The notes under the pieces are model-generated. The model was not told where the DNA came from. It did no database searches and saw only the letters and a list, made by a program, of their open reading frames with translations. Below, piece after piece: positions 37,262 to 46,200 of a stretch of 64,000 nucleotides of DNA. The stretch comes from a virus. Both the position numbers and the translations under genes were made by a program. Position 1 is the first letter of the stretch. Each line of letters starts with the position of its first letter. Where the stretch lies: the IMG/VR virus record IMGVR_UViG_3300030102_007485, positions 13,880-77,879 of that record; one strand, given 5' to 3'.

Positions 37262-40200
37262 ATGACTCAAAAAGTACACATTGGATTGTCAAAGATAAAG
37301 TTTGAACCATCTTTAGGTTTCTCCTTCTCAGCAGACGAGTATATGACTCCTGGTGAGCACCATGTGGATTTCCTTGTCTTTAAGGATTTTCTTTCAAGGA
37401 AGGTTTTAAAGTCACTATATGTCTTTGGATCTGTTGATGGGATGCTTGGAAATAGATCCACGGAATCTGCACGACCCTCAATGAGAAAACTCTCCATGGA
37501 TGAGGGTAATAGGTTTTGTGAAAAGACTGTAAGAGCAATCAAGGCATACCAACTATTAAACAGAAGGTCAATATTGCATTATGGTCAAAAACATTTTTCC
37601 TGGGCATCAACAACCCCAGAGCAATCAAAAAGTCTGCACCCCGGAGAAGTTTCAAAAATAATGACCAATGACTTCAAGATTGCGTCAACTCCCGACTTTT
37701 CCAAAGAGTTCGGTTTGTTGGGACCAGCAACAATTGCTGTTATGTTGGGTTATCGCTTTCATAGGACTCACATTAATCCTGATTGGAACAAAGGTCTTGT
37801 TGTAGACAATGGTGTTGCTGCGTATGGGTCTATGGTGGAATCAGACCAATCCAACAACTTCTTTTCAAGTTTGTCATCAAGGCAAAAAAGAAGAGCGGAA
37901 GAGTTTGATCGAATTTATAGTCTGAGAAAAGAATACCAGGAATATAAGAAAAACTCGCCCGCCCCTTCAGAGCAAGATAAAAAGAATTTCTTAGACGCAA
38001 AAGGCGTAAAGTATCAGTTCATGGAAGATTTGGGTGACACCACATTTTCACTCATTGAACAAGAGGCGGATGTCAGGATTTCATACACACCAATGACCGA
38101 TACTCCTGATGACGGTGAGATTTTAGTCGTCGAATCGGTCATGACAAGAAAGTTGTACGACAAGGTCTATAAAAGTTCACCAACCATGAAGTTTTCACCT
38201 GCAACTGCTAGTAGTCTACTTGATTCCTTGCGGGCTTTTGTGAACCGCCGAAAAGGTCTTGAGGGTGCAAACGGGTCTTCTGTTTCTCGATCTGGCATGA
38301 CTGCAAAAAAGGCGGTTGATATATTATCAAAACCGCAACCTTCCGCACAAGGAGACGATCCTTGGATCGGAACTGGAGAGGTCAAAAATTTTGTGCACAT
38401 ATATGTAGACTCTGACTACACCATTGAAGAAGAAGCGGAACTATATGCCCGCTTTGGGGGCAAGGTTGCAACGAAGACTCCTCCTTTAAGAAAGCGTAAG
38501 CAGAAGGGACTAAAAAAAGATGATGCCTTTGTCAAGGAGATTCAGTTTGCCCTTCTTGTCAACGGTGTTTTAGACTCTTTTGATGTACCTGTGATAGAGT
38601 CAGAAAAGGAGCGAGTTCAACTGAGAGTGGAGGATTCATCAGATGCTGTTGTTAGTCTTTTTAAAGAATCTGGGGTTGATCTCGACTCGGCCCGAATAGC
38701 GGTCGCACAACAAAACGATCAATTACCGCCAGATGCACAGGGTGACATGAGTTTTTCTTTCGACATTGGTGATGCTGACAAGGAGGGTCACACTGTCCCG
38801 GTTTCAGAGTTCAAAAACAGACCCACGGGACATATAACATACCTTGAGTACTTGCTGTATGTTGATGGAAAGTTTGGACAAGGTACAGAGTCTGCCGTAA
38901 AAAGTTTTCAGTCTAACCATGGGTTGAAGTCTGATGGGGTTGTAGGTACTCTAACTTATCGCAAGATCTATCAAGTCCATGGAGACAAACTGAGCAAATA
39001 TGGTTTTGAGAGCATTAAGGACACCCTTGGTGCCAGAGCGGAAGTTGCAAACAAGAAGCATGACTACAAGTACTTGACAAGAGATTTGTCTCGTAAAGCG
39101 CTGCAGAAAGTTTTTGCTTATTATAAAAAAGAAACAACCTGGAAGTTAAATCTTGCTGACCCTGAGATAAATGACATATATCCTGGAAAGTACAACCCAA
39201 CTTTGACACAACCAGTCACTTTATCAATCAACGATGACACTTTATTTGATTTTGAGGACGTTGATGCAGAACCATTTAGAACCATTCACGAAGAAATTGA
39301 CCTTCCAGAATCTTTTTGTACAGTAAGGTCGCAACTCAGACCACTTTCTGACATTATGGCAAACTTATCTAATGATGTCGAAGCAAAAAGGAGTTATTGG
39401 GCAACAGAGTCTGTAGCAGACTTTTTTATACCTCCAACTAGACCTGGAGGTTATTTTATGGTTGAATATGTGATAGATCGTAAAAAATTAGATCTTGTTT
39501 TATCGAAAACAGATGCAAAGGTTGTTGATGCAGTAGATGCTGGGATTATGGCATTTGAGACTGCTGCTGTTATTTATGACAAGGTTTCAAAGTTCTTGGA
39601 AGACCCCTCCGCGGCATATGAATTAGCAGAAGAAAAGGTTTCCAAGGCAATTGACGACTATGCTTCCGCTAAAATTGAAGCAATAAGTGAATACAAGAGA
39701 GATGCAATCAAGAATGCAGGAAAGAATACAAGAAATGCTTGGAAAAAACTAAGGAAGAAAAAACAAAAAGATCGAAGGAACCGTTTACTCAAAGAGCGCG
39801 CTGCCAAAAATGCAAGTCAAATACAATCAAGAGATGTTCAACTTTTGGGTGGAACAGCAAAGTTTGAAACTCGCTTGTTTAGGAAAAAGATAGACAAGGT
39901 TGCCAACAAGATGATTGATCTGAATCAATCTTTTCAGGACATGAAAAAGGAGCAGAGCAACATCCAAGCAACAAACAAAGACTTGGGCGCTAGAGGGTAC
40001 TCTCACAAAAAAAAGGAAGACCCATTTCAGTCTTATAGCGACTTTTTAAATATGAAACCCGAATTAGATTTAAAGAAGGATGCAGAGAGATTGAGGGAAA
40101 TACCTGGTGCTATGGAGACTTTTTTAAAGTTAAATGGACAACATCTTGAAGATAAGTTCAATAGGTTTTTGGAGTTTGATTTTGCAAAAGTCCGTGATAG

Positions 40201-43200
40201 GTACGGCAATATATTGGGTGCAAAAATCAAGAGCATATATTTTGTCGGACAAAAACCAGCGGACTATATTGATGAACAGGTCTCCACCGCCGCGGCCTTT
40301 GCGGGATCAGAAGAGTCTTTTCGTGCGTCCCGTCGCAAGTTGGAGCACGGGTTTGATGCACTTATTAAAAAGTCTCCTTTTAACGATCATAGGATAATGT
40401 CCTACTTTGCGCAAATGAATGTTATCGATAAGGAACTGTTCAAATCTGCCTGGGGTTCCCGCTGCGGCGAATATGAGACACTGCCTGTCATGGACTTTAT
40501 CAGCAAGTATGTTTATCCTGCACCTGGTATCTCTTCATTGACTAACGATGCCACGCCTGTAAATAAAAAGACAAGTTCAGGAAAGCCTGTAATTACAGTA
40601 AAGGAGAATATAGAAGAGAATGTAGGGTTGATGTTCTCTCAGTTAAAGACGTCTGCTCAGCGATTGACTGAGCAAGCGTCTGTTACTGCTCAAAATGTGG
40701 ACTCTTTGGTGCAATTTAAAAAAGGAAAAACATATGACGCAAACGACCTGTTACCACTTGGCGAGTTGTGTACGTGGGAAGAGATAACTCAAAAGTTCAT
40801 AAACACTTTCGATTTTAAGTCGTACTGGTGTGAATTTAGTGCGTGCTTGCCTGATATACCGTGGCCAATTGTTATTGATTTGACGTTTGATATCCCAAAA
40901 CTTCCAAAACTTCCAACTTTAAAGCAGTTGAGGATCATATTCGACCAACTCTATATCAGTTTGGTGGAGATGCTGGTGCGCTTTTTTTGCACTTTGATTA
41001 ATAAATTGCTTGATTTAATTAGATTTCCAAACTGTGATGAAATTTTTGAGGCAGCACTTTTTGGTGCAGCAAGTCTTGTGAACGCAATTCAGGAGCACGA
41101 CAGTATGGAGACCCCTGTGCCAATTGGGTCTTACGACATTTCATCGCAGTTTTTGAGAGGGGTCGACCAGTCTAATTTTAATTCCAGCAAAACGAAGGTT
41201 CAAAAAAAGATGTTAAACTCTTTGACGTCTTATGGGATTCCTGCAGAACTTTTATCTGACCCAGACTCTGGAGTTAACGGATCTTCGATGACTGATATGA
41301 TAAATGATCTTTCTGCCCTGATGAGACCAACAGAACTGACCTCTCTTCTGCGCGGTAATGCAACCCCAGAAGTTTTGACAATAATCGTAAATTACATAGA
41401 TATGAACATACCTGCTTTGTCTGAATATCTAAGTAGTGAAAATTCAATACAAGATTTTTTCTCTAACTTGGGTGGACTGATTGATGTAGAGGTTTTGAAC
41501 AGAATAGACAAGATACCTCAAATTCTGGCAGAGAACAGGTTCTGTCCGGAAACCGTTGACGCAAGATCCAGAATTATAATGGGTGATCTTTCTGAGGATC
41601 AACTCAGGTCGGCAATAAATGCACACAACTCAAAGAGTACTCAAACTGCTGAAGCAGTCCGAGCGATGATGACCGACAATCCGATTGCAAGTGCTATGGG
41701 TGACCTTTATAATCCAGGAGATCCTAATGCAATTATCTCCGACGTGCCTGCACCGATGGTTGAGATAATTGAGAGTACAGCAAAATCAATCTTTGAAGTG
41801 CCAAAATTTTCTTTTATTGCCGATGTTTCAAGGTATACAGACCTGTTGTACGATCAGGCGAGCAGACCACTGGAGTACGAAGACCCAGAATTTAATTTAG
41901 ATATAGAAAACAAAGCATTAGAAGCGATAGAGATTCTAACAAAAAACGAGGCAGAAATAAGAAACGCCCTTACAGGTGCAAATGTTGTTCGTAAATGGAG
42001 GTTGCGAGAACGACTTTACGAAAAATTCCATTATGATGTTTTTGTGGTCGAAAAGAAATTCAAAACCCAAAGGCGTAAACGCAACCGTCAAGGGTCTACA
42101 AAACTGGTTACTACAGTTAAATTGTATCCGGAAGTTTCTGATGAGTTGATGCAACAACTTAAGAGTGGTGCACTGACTGACAGTTGTGGTGGCGTTACCG
42201 ATTTGAACGAAAATGGAAGAACCGAATTTCATTTTCTAATAAAAAGAATTGGTTCCTATAACTCAGATCTTTCCCCTGGTGTCCCTTCTTTTGAGAACTT
42301 GCAGTTAGAATTGGTAAACCAAGTGTTTAAGTTGTCGAATTATGTACCAGACTTTTTACCAACAGGTGCTTCCCTCATGGTTAAACCCCAAAAAGAAGAC
42401 GAAGATGGGATTTTAATCCCTAATGCTCCGATTCTGCGCCGCGATGATGGTACTGCTATAAAATCAAGTTTGAACATGAACGACGTGTCGGAATCGGAAA
42501 AGACTGGATTGATTCGTCAAATTACTGACTCAATTGTAACCAGGATCACTGAATTGCAAAATGCTGTAATGAGGCACCTGGAAGTAAACATGTCAGATAA
42601 GAATGATTCTGCTCTTCTCCCCGAGATCAGAAAGTACTATGATCGATCTGAAGAGACCAGAAGAGAGAGAGGTCTGGTCGGTGACGAAGAAGAGTTCTTT
42701 AGGGTGGTACCAAGCGCAACAGCAGACGGTTTTAGTTTTGAGTTGTCTTTGCCAAAAAGATTTCAGTCGTCTCTGGTTTATGAGGAGGTGGCTTCTGAGG
42801 GAGACGAAGACTTGTACAGAATAGTCATAAACGATCAGGTGCTGATGAAATCCTCAGAGAATTTTTATGGATGTGACATTTTACCACAAGAATATGCCCG
42901 TCCCCCCGGCGTGTCTTCTCTTGCCAAGAAGGGAATATACGTGGATATTGTGCGTCGTTCGATGGTAGATCATTTTAAAAGGTATCAAAGGAGTGAGGGA
43001 TACGGTGCGGCACTGTCCAGTCTTAGACGGGCATTTACCCGAGATTTAGAATCCCCTGGTCAAATTGCAGATCAATTGCACGAAGACTCGTACAACAGTA
43101 CTTTTGAAATGTTTTTTGAAGAAATCATGGACCAAATGTCTGACTCTAGAATCTTTAATGATCCTGAGTATATAGAAAAACTAGATGTCAGAATAAGAGG

Positions 43201-46200
43201 TGCAAGAGAGTATGATAAAAATGGATGCCTAGTTAGATCAACTAAGGGTCTTATAGATTTTGAGGAAATTGTAAAAAGTGCTTCTTCTCGTGTTCTTTCG
43301 GCATTTAATGACCCCTCCTTCCATCCGTCCAAGATGGAATTTAATGCTGGGTCCATGGGTCCGTTTGAGAAGGGTATAATTCATTCTGCGATATATTTGA
43401 TGGTCAATTTTTTGCTAATCGAATTTGCGCTGCGAGGCGGCATTGCCTTTTCATCATTTTCTCCAAATGCTCTGTTTGGAAAAGAATCAAGTGGTGCAAA
43501 CGATAATTTTCTTCATAATTATTTGGTCAATTTTATATCAAATAGTCTGTCGCAAGTGATGGTTAGTGCAAACGTAGCGTTCCCTGAATCAACTAAGATA
43601 ACAGACAAGACTCTTTTGTACCCATTCAGAGATGTCTTTATGAATCACTGCGTAGAGTACGTTCGAGTTGTATCTCCAAGCACTGTTAGCACGAGTGATA
43701 AATCTGCAAATCAAAAGAGTGCAATTTCCTATATTGTCAACGAGGTGATAAAAGAAGGTCAACTAATTGATATGATTGAGGGGCTTTTTCACGGCACAGA
43801 GCAGGAAAAGAAACCCTTTGTTAAAACTTTCCTGGAAAATTCACAAATTTTGTCCATACCAGAGGAGACCACTCCAGATGGAATGTGGAAACTAAGTGAT
43901 GTGGAAGAACCAGAAAATGCCATAGAAAAGGGTCGGTTCTTGTTGCAAAAGTATATAAGGGTTACAGGACCTGCCGCTTCAAGAGATTTGTCTCAATATA
44001 CTTTTAGTGAGGAGTTCTTGTCTAAAAAGGATGAAATACTTCAGCGTCTTAGGGAGGTGGATCCCAATCAAGATTTGTTGGTAGATGATCCAGTTGCTGT
44101 CGCTGATCGAATTGATGCAAGAATTGATGTTCTTGAGGAAATGGAACCTCTACCTGGCGCTGCCGACGATGATTACAGAACACCTTTGGAGAATGAGCAA
44201 ACGGAAGTAGTTTCAATCGAGGAACTCAATAGTTATTTGAGAAACTCGTACCAAGGGTCCTTTAATGAAGAATTGTGTAACTTGTTAGGTCTCATTTACA
44301 CAGAAGACCCAGAGAACCCCTGTTTTTTGATGCCGGAAGCATTCACTCGTTTTCCAGGCAAACTTATTAAGAAAAACTTTAAAAGATATAAGATTGACAG
44401 AGGTTTTACCGTTCGTAATCAAGGTCAGATTGAGGGAATTGGACTTCGCTTCCGATACAGGGATTGGGTTGGCCGAGGGCGCAGTGGGTGGAAAGACGAG
44501 GAAGAACTACTTGCATACAATGCAAATCCTCCTCTAGACCAAGCTGGTCGCCCAATGGTCGGGGGTTTTAACGATAGAAATGTTGTAAGATCCCGCGATG
44601 TGCGTTTTTCCTATGAAGTTGATCAGCAAAACGGAGATCGAGGATTCTTCAATGATGTTTTTGACCAATCCCTACTATCAGATGCTAATCAACCGGAATC
44701 CTCTCTTTATAGTACAGGTATATTCTCGAAACTTGGTCGCGCAGGACAATTGGGGGCACTTGTTCATGTGGAGGATGCTGATCCTGAATATTTAATGCTT
44801 GAAGAAGATGTTTGCAAGATCTCATCTGATTTCGGAAAAGAGGGCATAACTAAGATTTTTGAGGGGTATTCTGCTGGTGGTTTTGTAGCCGAGCGAGAAG
44901 ATCTGTTACTAACTGCAGAAATGAAAAACTTTTCGGAATCTTTTACACCAATCATCGGGGCAGGAATTCAAAAACCTAAAGGACCGGAAACATTCTCTCT
45001 ACTCAGCATGGGTCAGGGCGAGAAATTGAAACAAGGAGTGGTCGATGCAGTGCCCTTTATGGACAGTGCCTTTAACACATACCAGAATTCTCCAGACTTG
45101 ATTCCGCTCGACATGCTCACTAACCGGTCTAATTCTTTGCAAGAAGGTGGGGACTACAGTTACGGATCATCCCACCCTAAAATTGAGGATCTTGGTCCTC
45201 GCGGTATGAGGAGGATGGAGCAAAATGACAATCCTCAAGAACAGTTGTTTGGTTGGAAGAAGGGAAAGATAACCGAAGAAGAATTCAATCAATATAGGTC
45301 CATGGAAAACCTTTCGGATGGTTTAAGACCTAGGTTGCAAAACGATATTAAAATACTAGGTCCAAACGATGTTTATGAGGAATGGACACATTACCTTATA
45401 GAGGATCCAGGATACGTTTTTGGACATCCCGGAGAATCTTTGCACCATCCAGAAAGCATGGGGTGCATGATGGACCCATATCACTTTGATGGAACCGACG
45501 CCCCCCGCGATGAATATGGTGATGACTGGTCGTACGTCCATCGTCATTGGGTAGATAGAGCGTTTTTAGAATGTTGTCGTGCCATTGAGGACAAATCTCT
45601 CTTGACTGATGAGAGTAAAAAGCAATCTCGGGTTGGTCAATATTGGGGTTGGGGTTTTGCAAGGTTTAAGCGCCATGGTACCGGGCAAGGACGTAACACC
45701 GACCGGTACAATCCGGGACATGGTCGCTATGATCAGGTTTTCCGATTTAACCATGAAAAGCGTTGGGACGGCAGTAAGGAGAAAGCCACAGAGCATCGAC
45801 GGAGAATTAGACAGTTTCCTAATCGTGCGGCAATCATGGTCAGACCATTGGGGTACCAAAACGAGTCTTACGAGCATGAAAAGACTAACGAATTAGGGGC
45901 AAACGAGTATGCTTCCCCTTTAAAGATATTGGTAACCAGGATAGACTATAAGATTGGGGATACAGTTTTACACTCTGATGTTTACATGGGGTCAGAATAT
46001 AATGACGGCGGTATATTGGCAGGGTCTGATCTTCGTGCCTCGCATACGGAGAACGAATATCGCTCCTTAATGCTGTCCGAAGCAATAAACAGACTTATGA
46101 TGGAGTGGGTTGAGAATAATACATCTGCAATTAATCTTTATAATGGAGAGGTGTCTAGCGATTTTCTTCGTGACAACTTGCGAAAAAGAATTGAAGAATA

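Noticed and set aside
40893-40920. Short tandem repeat CCAAAACTT encoding PKLPKLPTL
   Set aside because: Only 2-3 units of an in-frame Pro-rich linker; no sign of a contingency locus
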